Assembly (NCBI GenBank): GCA_019057475.1
Contig: DXJO01000005.1
Coordinates: forward strand, 1-19,886
Source: Candidatus Thorarchaeota archaeon
GTDB taxonomy: Archaea > Asgardarchaeota > Thorarchaeia > Thorarchaeales > Thorarchaeaceae
Reading direction: 5' to 3'
Length of the DNA: 19,886 bases
Shown here one piece after another: positions 1-8,626 of this stretch. Both the position numbers and the translations under genes were made by a program. Under the pieces are notes generated by a model. That model was not told the DNA's origin and ran no database searches. It was given only the letters and a program-made list of their open reading frames with translations. The stretch's first letter is position 1, and each line of letters starts with the position of its first letter.

Positions 1-682
1 CAGGGACAACTTTCAGAACCACATACTGGAGCCGCTTTATGAAACCACTTCCACGTCGGAATTCAACCCATTTGACTCTGGAATCATTAGATTTCGCATG
101 CAGAACGAGGAGGAGGTATTTCAACAAGACAGGAATCGCAAAGGCAAGAGAGTATCCAGCCGTCAAAATGAAACCAAGGTTCATCAGGAAATGACTAGTG
201 GGTATTCCATAGACAATCGAATCCAGAATGCGAATCATTGAGAATGGCAAGATTAGAAACCACCACCAACTAAAAAGAACAACGCACATTCTAACACTGA
301 GTATAACCTCTCCCTCTTTCCTCACGACATCAAGTTTCGTTGTTACAAAGCGGGACAGAAACAAACCAATCATCATTCCAATAATACTTGAAGCCAAGAT
401 TACTAGTCGTGATAAGTCAGAACCTAGCAGTGCCAAGACGACTTGATCGATTGGCGAACGTGACCCCCTAAGATAGTTGTAGGACATTAGCGTCGGCAAG
501 TAGCCTGCCAGTATTAGGACACCCCCTACAATGAAGAGTGAAGGGAAAAGCACAAAGAAAATGCCGTGAGAAACGTTTCTCTCCGTTGTGTCCTCCTTTT
601 GCTCTGAACCATCCGCAATCAGAATCCTGTCACCATGTTCACATTCCTTCAAGGTCTTAAAAGAACTTGGAACAAAGTTCAT
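1..682 (-). CDS. Hypothetical integral membrane protein (~4 TM helices), runs off the left edge
   Basis: Hand translation: open frame from ATG at 682 (true start may be ~620, after a GGTGA) to base 2 with no stop. Hydrophobic segments GIFFVLFPSLFIVGGVLILAGYL, LVILASSIIGMMIGLFL, MCVVLFSWWWFLILPF, LGFILTAGYSLAFAIPVLL. Absent from the ORF track, presumably because it has no stop in the window. Confidence 0.75.
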   Translation of the reverse strand, partial: MNFVPSSFKTLKECEHGDRILIADGSEQKEDTTERNVSHGIFFVLFPSLFIVGGVLILAGYLPTLMSYNYLRGSRSPIDQVVLALLGSDLSRLVILASSIIGMMIGLFLSRFVTTKLDVVRKEGEVILSVRMCVVLFSWWWFLILPFSMIRILDSIVYGIPTSHFLMNLGFILTAGYSLAFAIPVLLKYLLLVLHAKSNDSRVKWVEFRRGSGFIKRLQYVVLKVVP

Positions 683-717
683 ATTCTCTGTTCTTGTACT
701 TCACTTGGGGGTAAGAC

Positions 718-1878
718 ATGAAGAGAGTGCTGCTTCTCATACTGCTATGTTCATCTCTTCTCGTCGTTTCATCATCAACTGACGGATTTCCGAAAGTACA
801 GTATTCAGCCTATATCTTCGCGTCACACCCTTCAATCAACATAACATGCAATGCTGATTTCATTGACCAAGGGTGGTCCGGAGATGGTTCTCCTGATGAC
901 CCATTCCTGATTCAGAATCTCGACATCACCTCGAATGTCACCTGTATACGCATAGCGGACACAACAGCATGTTTCATCATTCGCGACTGCCAACTGGAGT
1001 CTTTCTGGGATGAAGACTACGCGCTTGGGTATGATGCGATCCAACTTTACAACGTGTCGAATGGTGTGCTGGAGAACTGCGACATCTATGGGAGTGCCAG
1101 CTGTATCTTTCTGGTTGACTGCAACAACACCGAAGTAAGAGGTTGTCGTCTACGCTCAATCTCAGCAACTGGGTTATGCGGAATACGCCTGCAGGAATGC
1201 AGAATCCTAGAGAACAACATCCCTCAGAGTGGCATGGAAGGTGTGGTTCTCATGGATGGAAATGACATCGACTTCACAGATAATCAGATATCTGATTCCC
1301 ATCAGAGTGGAGTGCACTTGTGCAACTTGTCCCGATGCATGATAGCTGACAATGCAGTGAGCTCGTGCAATGGTCATGGAATGCATCTCGGTGAAATACT
1401 AGACTCCTCAGTGTTTGGCAATTCAATCACTCTGAATGGCGAATATGGTCTGTGTGCACATGCCATCACCAGCAGCTTTGTGAACAACACTGTGACTGAG
1501 AATCATGGGTACGGAATCGATCTGGAGGGCTCAGGGAATAATCTCTACGGCAACATAATTGGCGGTAATGGAGCTTCCAATGCTCGTGACCGTGGGTCAA
1601 ACAACACATGGGATGATTCTGTCAGTCTAGGGAACGCTTGGGATGACTACACGGGCTTTGGTTCATACGCCATCGAAGGCGAGGCAGGCAGTATTGACCG
1701 ATACCCATCGACAGTCCCAGGAGTTATTGGACCAGCACTCATTCTTATGGTGCTTGCGGCAGGCATTCTGGCTATTCCACTCTTGTACTTCCTTCTGAAG
1801 AGAGTTAGATTGCGACATATGCAGCCCTCTTCTGATGCCAAATCAGGTCCTCTTGTCTGTGGGTCCTGGTCTGGCTGA
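718..1878 (+). CDS. Secreted, C-terminally anchored right-handed beta-helix (NosD/CASH-like) surface protein
   Basis: Signal peptide MKRVLLLILLCSSLLVVSS; GWSGDGSPDDPFLIQNLDI motif; repeated GI.L/N.I beta-helix units; WDDSVSLGNAWDDY...DRYP motif; C-terminal TM followed by KRVR. Confidence 0.9.
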   Translation: MKRVLLLILLCSSLLVVSSSTDGFPKVQYSAYIFASHPSINITCNADFIDQGWSGDGSPDDPFLIQNLDITSNVTCIRIADTTACFIIRDCQLESFWDEDYALGYDAIQLYNVSNGVLENCDIYGSASCIFLVDCNNTEVRGCRLRSISATGLCGIRLQECRILENNIPQSGMEGVVLMDGNDIDFTDNQISDSHQSGVHLCNLSRCMIADNAVSSCNGHGMHLGEILDSSVFGNSITLNGEYGLCAHAITSSFVNNTVTENHGYGIDLEGSGNNLYGNIIGGNGASNARDRGSNNTWDDSVSLGNAWDDYTGFGSYAIEGEAGSIDRYPSTVPGVIGPALILMVLAAGILAIPLLYFLLKRVRLRHMQPSSDAKSGPLVCGSWSG

Positions 1879-1910
1879 GAATCCTCTCCTTTCTCCCTGA
1901 ATAGAGCATT

Positions 1911-1970
1911 CTACATCTGCTTCTGTTGTCTGTACGGGGGATTCTCTGCATCAAAGAGCTCTCTCGCCTG
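1911..1970 (-). repeat. Repeat copy 1: 3' end of an unknown gene (QARELFDAENPPYRQQKQM*)
   Basis: 1911-1946 matches 17167-17202 at 31/36 nt; encodes the same peptide as copies 2 and 3. Confidence 0.8.
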
Positions 1971-2096
1971 AACCACACGGAACAATTATGAATGATTTTC
2001 CAACATGACTTGAGTGGCGTGTAGTCACGGACGGCCAGTAAGCGTGTTGTTGCAGTTAACGCACGTCACCTCTTTGTCCTCAACCACTGGATAGCA

Positions 2097-2123
2097 CCTG
2101 CTCGATCAACATGATAGAGCAGG
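2097..2123. terminator. Stem-loop CCTGCTC-G-ATCA-ACA-TGAT-A-GAGCAGG, possible terminator or operator
   Basis: 7+4 bp stem with one mismatch between convergent genes; pyrimidine tract follows on the + strand. Function is inferred. Confidence 0.3.
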
Positions 2124-2142
2124 CTCTCTCTTTCTTAATGTG

Positions 2143-2639
2143 TCAACTAGACTCGAATTCACGTTGTCGAACTACTGATAGAACGTTTAATGTGTGAAAG
2201 ATTGGTAATGGAATTGATACAGCGTATGTCCATCCAACTGATACGAGAAAAAAGCGGATTGTAGAAATGCCTGTATGATTAGAGCTAATCCAATTACACG
2301 CAGAATCGATCTCTTTGTAGTTGTACCTTTTATGAACCGCGATTGGGTTATAATGACTAAGATATAGAGTGGTATAAACAGGACACCGAAGAGCAAAGTT
2401 GGAATGGAAAGGAATTCAAAAAACGTAGAGCTATAAGGGCCTGCTATTGTGCTACCATTCTCATGAACTATTGCCCAAAATACTGCGAACACACTGTACC
2501 GTATGTAAGAATTGTCGAGATGATTAAGGCGTGAAATCTCTAGTGAATGTGGTACAAACAGAGTCACAATAATGAGAATAGCTAAGAATCTAGAAGTCTT
2601 CCTCGCTTCCGATCTATCTTGAGCGACTATGTCAGACAT
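2143..2639 (-). CDS. Hypothetical membrane protein (~4 TM), frameshifted at the homopolymer 2248-2253
   Basis: C-terminal part of the 402 aa ORF starting MSDIVAQ. Adding one base to the run gives a hydrophobic end AFFLVSVGWTYAVSIPLPIFHTLNVLSVVRQREFESS* with stop at 2143. Confidence 0.6.
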
Positions 2640-2749
2640 GGACCGTGCCCTATCGAACATATACTGATCTGCCCAATAATCTTGCGGATTGCAGGAAACA
2701 CCTCGTGGGAATGACAAGCAATGAACTATGCACTCTGTACCTGAACAGT

Positions 2750-3395
2750 TCAGGACCAGTCTCCCCCCTTTCGAACTGGCCAGTCTCTTGAGATTATCGA
2801 TAGCCTCTTTCGTTGCTTGTGCTTTCGGGAAGGCCTTACTAATGGCATAGACTCCGAGCACATTGACCATCCATGCTGAGTCATGCTTGTATTCATGGTC
2901 GTCAAGTGCTCTCTTAATCTCTTGGCCAACTCTGGCATCACTCGAATCGTATATCCCTGCAGCACAGTAAGCAAGCAGTACAGACTTTTGTACCTCCTCT
3001 CGACCGTAGTATTGCGTGATTATCATGAACACGACCGCGTCATCAACAGGGTCCGCCTTCATTGGGAAGTTCTCAGGGTCTGCCCCCATCCGCTTCGTTA
3101 TCCTTGAGGGGAGTGACATTGTGACCCTTCTAGCATCGACCGACTCTGTTTCAGGGTCAACCTCACAGAGGTAGCCCGAGAGGCGCAGGTACATCCCAGT
3201 GCCAGTGGCGATAGGGTGGATCTGTGTCGGAACAATGCATAGGTAACGCTCAGTAAGGTCTTCATCCCACTGAACCTTCTCGTATGGGTCGTCGTGGTCC
3301 AAGTCCTCAATTGCACTCATGGACATGGTTGCGAGTGTGTGCAGGAGGACCAGGTTGGGATCCATTTGGTCCCGTTCACCTTCCAGCTGGTCCAC
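2750..3395 (-). CDS. Hypothetical soluble protein (N-terminal half of the 402 aa ORF, probably a separate gene)
   Basis: GC-richer than the membrane part. Removing one G from the G6 run (2763-2768) ends it at ...LASSKGGDWS* (TGA at 2750). The linker in the fused frame looks non-coding. Confidence 0.55.
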
Positions 3396-3477
3396 TTCAT
3401 TCTCATTTTCTGCATTTTCACAGTGTTCGTACCAAGGGATGTCTCATTGCCTATATCGGATTAATCGAACTCGGGTG

Positions 3478-4740
3478 TTAATCGCGTTTAATGGTGATTA
3501 ACAGAAAGATAACCAAGAGAAAAAACATTGCTACTTGAAGATAGTTAGCGAGTGTATCCAACCAATCAGTTCCACCAAGAATCACGATGGTGGGAATCCC
3601 GAGAAGTATAATCAGTATGTAAAACCCAAGCTGGATGTTCCTAAGCCTACTAGTTCCAATGCTCCTCTGGATTTCAAATTCCTTCTGAAGAAACTCAAGT
3701 CCAAAATCAAGGAATTCATTTTGGTTGTAGCTATTAACGACCTGCCTTGCTTCAATGTGGGATTCAGTACTAGTTATGAAGGTAGTGGGAAATCCGGTCT
3801 TTTTAACATCTATTAAAGGATCCCGAATAGTGAGATAATCTCCCCAGTCCAGAGGTTTTTCAGTTTGCTCAAGGATATTGAGATAAGCTTTAACGTATTT
3901 CCCAACTCTATGTTTGAGAGCATTAACGTGGTTAGTGAGTTCCAATCTTCTTCGTTCAAGCCCTCCTGATGGACCCAACCAGTACCATTTCAATCCTTTA
4001 GCTAGTTCCTTCCTAACGATTTCTAGCTCATTAGAACAATCGATCTCTTCATAGAATGCGTCCATAAGGAATAGATTGCACTTTACCCATTCCTCTGCAG
4101 CAAAAGGTAAGGGTAAGTTTGGAAAAATGCTAACAGACTCGCAAAGAAGTGCTCTGAGAAACATCCGATTGCTCAATTTAAAGTAGTCATCAGGTGATAG
4201 ATTCCCACTAGAATCCCTAAGAGTTTCATACCTAATTTTCCTTTGGGAGTATACCCACATATCCATGACACATTGAGACCATATGAAATCCCCCAATTTT
4301 CCAACGAAATCGCTATGCTGACTCGAATCCATGACCTTCTCTAGATTGTCCCAATCTAGAGTCAGTACTCCAACGCCCAATCCGATATTTTCTGAAGAAA
4401 AAACAGTATTAGTGACATACTCGCCTATGATTTTGAGGTCGCTAGTCACCCTCATGCATTGACTAAGAAGAGAGGCTACTGGATCGCTTCCATTAAGAGT
4501 TACAATTTGATGAGATGAGATTAGAAGAGTGCGGTAGCCTATCAAAACATTATACTTGTGATTTCCTTCCTCGGTTGCGAAAATCCTAATCGCACCATGT
4601 TCATGCGTATCTGCAGGCAGATTCAGTTGATTGACGAGATTAGTTCTATATAGATCTGTTGAGTAACTCTGAAGTCTTTCCAAATACTGGATTCTTCGAT
4701 TGTATGAAATCGAAATAGTGACATAATTCCTTCTTGTCAA
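3478..4740 (-). CDS. Hypothetical 420 aa protein: large soluble domain, helical stretch and two C-terminal TM helices
   Basis: Long AT-rich ORF with TTG start preceded by GGAGGT and an upstream TATTATAA. TMs LGFYILIILLGIPTIVILGG and YLQVAMFFLLVIFLLITI. Confidence 0.8.
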   Translation of the reverse strand: MTRRNYVTISISYNRRIQYLERLQSYSTDLYRTNLVNQLNLPADTHEHGAIRIFATEEGNHKYNVLIGYRTLLISSHQIVTLNGSDPVASLLSQCMRVTSDLKIIGEYVTNTVFSSENIGLGVGVLTLDWDNLEKVMDSSQHSDFVGKLGDFIWSQCVMDMWVYSQRKIRYETLRDSSGNLSPDDYFKLSNRMFLRALLCESVSIFPNLPLPFAAEEWVKCNLFLMDAFYEEIDCSNELEIVRKELAKGLKWYWLGPSGGLERRRLELTNHVNALKHRVGKYVKAYLNILEQTEKPLDWGDYLTIRDPLIDVKKTGFPTTFITSTESHIEARQVVNSYNQNEFLDFGLEFLQKEFEIQRSIGTSRLRNIQLGFYILIILLGIPTIVILGGTDWLDTLANYLQVAMFFLLVIFLLITIKRD

Positions 4741-4937
4741 CGGAACCCGTTACCTCCGAGAATTCATGTTATAATACTAGATTATGTCTTTTACTATCCG
4801 CGGCGGCATTCCTTCTGCTATGAGCCGTGTATTGCATTTCGGATGATTTTGCGTACCACTTAATGCCTATAATCACCACAACTTACAAGTCTTCTTGCCT
4901 CAACAAGCCCCTCGTACTCCAAGTCAATTCCTTACGT

Positions 4938-5366
4938 TCAATCTCCTACACTGATAGCAGCGAGTTTTTTTTGCGAGTCTTTGCGAATGCGTTGTCCACA
5001 GTCCCTACAGAATTGCATGTTTTGCTCATCGTCTTCCCAATTGAGATATGTCATATCGAGAGCGTCTTTCACTAAGCGAATCAGGGGGTTTGTCTTGCTT
5101 CGTTTGTAGTTCAAATGGTGTTCTCGGTGTTTGTCCCATGTCATCACTTCTAGATTCTCTTTTCGATTATCAAGACGATTTCCGTTTATGTGATGGACAA
5201 TTTCTTCAGGTCTAAGCTTTCGGCTAATAATGTGCTTCTCAGCAACCCACCTATGAACAAGAATGTTCGATTCCCGGAAGCGATAATATCCCCGCTCGTC
5301 CTTGTACTTGATTGAGTCAGGTTTCGAACCATGCTTTCTCGGTTTCTTCTTGAAGAACCTACTCAT
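4938..5366 (-). CDS. HNH endonuclease (HNH_3-like) with a C-terminal Zn finger cut by a frameshift
   Basis: VHRWVAE...IVHHINGNRLDNRKENLEVM motif. CRDC is followed in the -1 frame by CYQC (stop at 4924). Confidence 0.9.
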   Translation of the reverse strand: MSRFFKKKPRKHGSKPDSIKYKDERGYYRFRESNILVHRWVAEKHIISRKLRPEEIVHHINGNRLDNRKENLEVMTWDKHREHHLNYKRSKTNPLIRLVKDALDMTYLNWEDDEQNMQFCRDCGQRIRKDSQKKLAAISVGD

Positions 5367-5515
5367 TCGGAACCCCCCTGCGCGTGTGTCTTTTAATGAG
5401 TTTCCATATTAATGAGTGTTGTAAAGAATGCTCTTCTCGACTGACACTGGTCTTTAGACCTACAGCACTGGACGCGGTCTATTGCTCCGAACCTGTGGGT
5501 GCTCCTCTCTTGCCC

Positions 5516-5560
5516 AATTGCTGAGAGTTTATACCCAATATCTTTGATTGAATGCCCGAG
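5516..5560 (-). pseudogene. Remnant of a PLD-fold gene paralogous to 7218-8156 (LGHSIKDIGYKLSAI)
   Basis: Aligns without gaps to IGHSIKDIGKKQSTI at 7299-7343, with synonymous third-position differences across the GHSIKDIG core. Confidence 0.7.
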
Positions 5561-5633
5561 AGTTCCTCCTGCGAGGGTGACTCCGAAAGCTGGGGTGTTT
5601 TTGAAGGACATAACATACACATGAATGATTCAG

Positions 5634-5876
5634 ATGGGTCGCACGATCAGGACATTCAGAGAAGCTGTAGACATCGAGAGTGCAAAGTGGAAGACCTTTC
5701 GCAGACAGTTAAAGCGCGAAGACCGCGAGAGGCTCGACAAGATATTCGACTACGCAAGGATGCACGCAGACTCTGGAACAGTGATCTCCATCCCTCACAA
5801 GATTGACGTGGTGTTCATGTCCGTGTTGATCGAGATGCAGAGGAGGATTGACGAGCTTGAGTCCACCCTTCAGTAA
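5634..5876 (+). CDS. Small conserved archaeal protein resembling the PolB2-associated family (arCOG07300/PPB2-like)
   Basis: MGRTIRTFR...W..FRRQL..EDRE.LD.IF.YAR.HADSG......P....FMSVLIEMQRRI pattern, recognised from memory of this family. Start set at ATG 5634. Confidence 0.7.
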   Translation: MGRTIRTFREAVDIESAKWKTFRRQLKREDRERLDKIFDYARMHADSGTVISIPHKIDVVFMSVLIEMQRRIDELESTLQ

Positions 5877-5884
5877 CATATCGT

Positions 5885-6025
5885 TCATGAAGCTTCCTGT
5901 CGCTTTACAATCATGATAACCCATCCACCAATGACATGGTGAGCTTTGATGTACCCCTCGGATGCCCACTTCTTGATGACCAATTGTAGGGGGTGCCTTG
6001 GCAATCCTGTGGTAGCCAACAACAT
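5885..6025 (-). CDS. 46 aa winged-helix-like micro-ORF or remnant, coupled to the peptidase stop
   Basis: ATG overlaps the peptidase TGA (TGATG). MLLATTGLPRHPLQLVIKKWASEGYIKAHHVIGGWVIMIVKRQEAS* resembles a wHTH recognition helix and wing. Confidence 0.4.
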   Translation of the reverse strand: MLLATTGLPRHPLQLVIKKWASEGYIKAHHVIGGWVIMIVKRQEAS

Positions 6026-7245
6026 CAAGAATCAAGGCTATTGATGAGCCGAGCAAAATGATGGGTTGTATCCTCTGTGAGTGACAAGAAGGCCAATGCT
6101 CCGAATCTTGTGTGAAGGGGGTCAGAAGGCTCCTTGTGTCTTCCGTATTCCTCTGCTACTCGGATTATATCATTCCAATGCTGTTTGATGTTTCCAAGAG
6201 ATGCCTGAGATTCCATCCACTCTACAAGGTCTGGAGCCATGTCAGAGCCTGCGAAGACATTGGTTACTGCGTCGAGCTCAGGACTGGGCAAACGAGGTGG
6301 GTCTAGGAATCGGTTGAGCTTGTCCTTGTCCACACCCAATTTCGACACCTCTTCCAGAACACATTGAATGCGAAGTTCCCATGGCGGATGTGTGGATGAG
6401 ATATTAACAACAGGGTCCCTCATACTCAACCTGTAGAGTTCAGTCACAAAAGCAGGTCCACAGATTGCAAGTGCCACATAGTCTGCAAAGAACTCGGGTA
6501 TCCATGCAATGTTGAAAGCTCTGGATAATCCAATCACTTGTTCCTCATAGTTCTTGAAGGATTTGCCCAGAGATTTCTTAACGGGTGAGAGGCGGTTAAT
6601 GAGTAGTTGCTGCAAAGACTCTTGATTCCAATCTGCATTCAACTTCAGATATAGGTGACCTAACTCATGAGCCATTGATGGCCACTTTTCATATCTCGTT
6701 CGGTACGCGAAAGGTATTCCGAAGAACACACATGAACCAGCTTCAACCATAGAGAAGGCTTGAGTGAATACCATAATGGGCTGTACGCGAATGTTAAGGG
6801 CATTGATGTACGATTCTGCCAGTTTATTTCCGAAATCGAGGTTAGAAGAAATCCATTCAGTTCGCCTCTGCGTCTTCCATAGTTGAAGCAGATTGATAAG
6901 TCGACTATGTTGTAGAGGAACCGTTGACAACATCTGAATATTCGAAATGCTTTGTATGAATTCCAGAGTCTGTTTCGGGCTTTCTTCTGCATTCGGGACA
7001 AGCTCTTCATGCTTATTGATCCAATTATCAAGGAGTATCGAGTGTTCGTTTATCGAAGTCAGAACAGAGCTGTAGACCGCCTTGCACTCGGGAACATCTT
7101 CCTCTGAAAGTAGCTTGACAGTTTCTTGTGCATCCTCGATGCTCTTGCGAACGTCCTCGATGATTATTTCCCATATGGCTGAAATGTCATATTCCTCCTC
7201 ATCAAAGTTGCTCAGGCCTATTGAAGCGGTTCCGATGTTCTCCAA
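6025..7245 (-). CDS. Soluble zinc metallopeptidase (gluzincin, M48/M78-like motifs)
   Basis: AHELGH (HEXXH), downstream EFFADYVA (third ligand) and STHPPWELRI. Helical N-terminal region; no signal peptide or TM. Confidence 0.8.
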   Translation of the reverse strand: MENIGTASIGLSNFDEEEYDISAIWEIIIEDVRKSIEDAQETVKLLSEEDVPECKAVYSSVLTSINEHSILLDNWINKHEELVPNAEESPKQTLEFIQSISNIQMLSTVPLQHSRLINLLQLWKTQRRTEWISSNLDFGNKLAESYINALNIRVQPIMVFTQAFSMVEAGSCVFFGIPFAYRTRYEKWPSMAHELGHLYLKLNADWNQESLQQLLINRLSPVKKSLGKSFKNYEEQVIGLSRAFNIAWIPEFFADYVALAICGPAFVTELYRLSMRDPVVNISSTHPPWELRIQCVLEEVSKLGVDKDKLNRFLDPPRLPSPELDAVTNVFAGSDMAPDLVEWMESQASLGNIKQHWNDIIRVAEEYGRHKEPSDPLHTRFGALAFLSLTEDTTHHFARLINSLDS

Positions 7246-8156
7246 GCAACATCAAACCATTTCTCCAAGTTCCTTGCAGATTCTTCAGACATGGGAAGGA
7301 TTGTTGACTGTTTCTTGCCTATGTCTTTGATGGAATGGCCTATGGACCAACTTGTCGGTTTTGTGAGAATAGCTCGGTCGTGTAGAATCCCTGGTTGGGC
7401 ATAAGCGATTTGTACCTCAGGCTTCTGGGCTGTCAGCCTACGAGCGAATAGCTCAAACTCCTTGTGCTTGGTGGGATTGGGCAGTCTTGAAGTTAAGAAC
7501 ATGACTGGCAGCCTGTCAGGAGCCTTGTTCAAAACGACCAGTGTTTCCTCTCCTGGCCAAGGGTCAACCACCTTTAGGAACGCCTTCGCAGATGACACAA
7601 TCTCAGTGACCTTCATTAGGGCATCAAAAGTTTCTCCAGGCATCACAACCAGTGCTTTGGGTGATTTTGCCTGTTTCAATAGATCCTCGTTTCGAATCAA
7701 GTTCTTATCCATAAGAACACGTATTTGGGTGATTCCGTGCCTAAGTCGTGTTTCGGGTCTGGTGAACCTCCGAATCTTGGAGATCTGAAACACAAGCTTC
7801 TCACTATCTGGCGAAGTTCGGGTTCCCGTTTCAGTCGATACGCCACTCAGATAGGTCAATACCTGTGAAAGCCACTCATCGAACCTTCGGATAGCTACTC
7901 TCTCTGCGTTCTCCAGTTTGTCACGCCGGTCTTTTTCCATGAGTGTCTTTGAGAGCTTGCGTGCCCGTCTTCCTACTCGCCCTGAATCGAAGAAATCAGA
8001 GGCAGCTATCCCGGCTATCTCAGACAAGACCATCTGTGAACCTTCATGTGACGCCTGCGATAGTGCCTCTTTGGCCGTGAACCACTCATGCAATAGGGTT
8101 TCAGCCTTTATGACGAAAGCTTCCAGTTCGGCACGGATTTGGTTCGACATAGTCAT
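7218..8156 (-). CDS. Helical N-terminal domain plus C-terminal PLD-like domain of the HDR type (putative nuclease)
   Basis: SAKAFLKVVDPW, MFLTS, LHDRAIL...WSIGHSIKDIGKK and FDVAW are hallmarks of the HDR variant of the PLD fold. Likely start MTMSNQ (8156/8150) rather than 8240. Confidence 0.8.
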   Translation of the reverse strand: MTMSNQIRAELEAFVIKAETLLHEWFTAKEALSQASHEGSQMVLSEIAGIAASDFFDSGRVGRRARKLSKTLMEKDRRDKLENAERVAIRRFDEWLSQVLTYLSGVSTETGTRTSPDSEKLVFQISKIRRFTRPETRLRHGITQIRVLMDKNLIRNEDLLKQAKSPKALVVMPGETFDALMKVTEIVSSAKAFLKVVDPWPGEETLVVLNKAPDRLPVMFLTSRLPNPTKHKEFELFARRLTAQKPEVQIAYAQPGILHDRAILTKPTSWSIGHSIKDIGKKQSTILPMSEESARNLEKWFDVAWRTSEPLQ

Positions 8157-8220
8157 CAATTCAATTGAAATGGTAATAACGTTATTTGGAGGAGTCTCTT
8201 TGATTATGCCGTAACTCATA

Positions 8221-8581
8221 TCAATCATGAAGGTTGGCAAGGCAACTCCCGCAGACCACCGTCATTCGGAGGCTCGGGTTCTCGAAGGGCCAGCTCGCTG
8301 TCGCGTAGATGCCGAAACCCTCATGGCGCCAACCAGTCAAGTCTGTAAAGCTGACCGGATACGTGTTGAAGCCTATCCTGTTGTCCATGCCGTCGGGAAG
8401 GTAGAGGGGATTAGGCTCTATTGCGGGTCTTCCAATATCCGCGACCAAACCACCTTCAGTGAAGTTCACATCTTCGCCGAGAATGAAATGAAGAGTTCCA
8501 CTACAAGAATAGCCGAAATCACGACCTCCTAACATAGCCCCATTCCCGAAGGGGACTACGGCATCGACAATGTCACCATTT
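8221..8581 (-). pseudogene. C-terminal half of a split beta-rich surface-protein gene
   Basis: Begins with NGDIVDAVVPFGNGAMLGGRDFGYSCSGT, which duplicates the end of ORF 10615-11022. No credible start of its own. Confidence 0.7.
8491..8581. repeat. 91 bp imperfect direct repeat, left copy
   Basis: Ungapped 80/91 identity with 10651-10741 (offset 2160). Confidence 0.95.
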
Positions 8582-8626
8582 GTAGGGAGAAGAATCTTAT
8601 GTGTGATGTGAATCATTGAAAACCAA

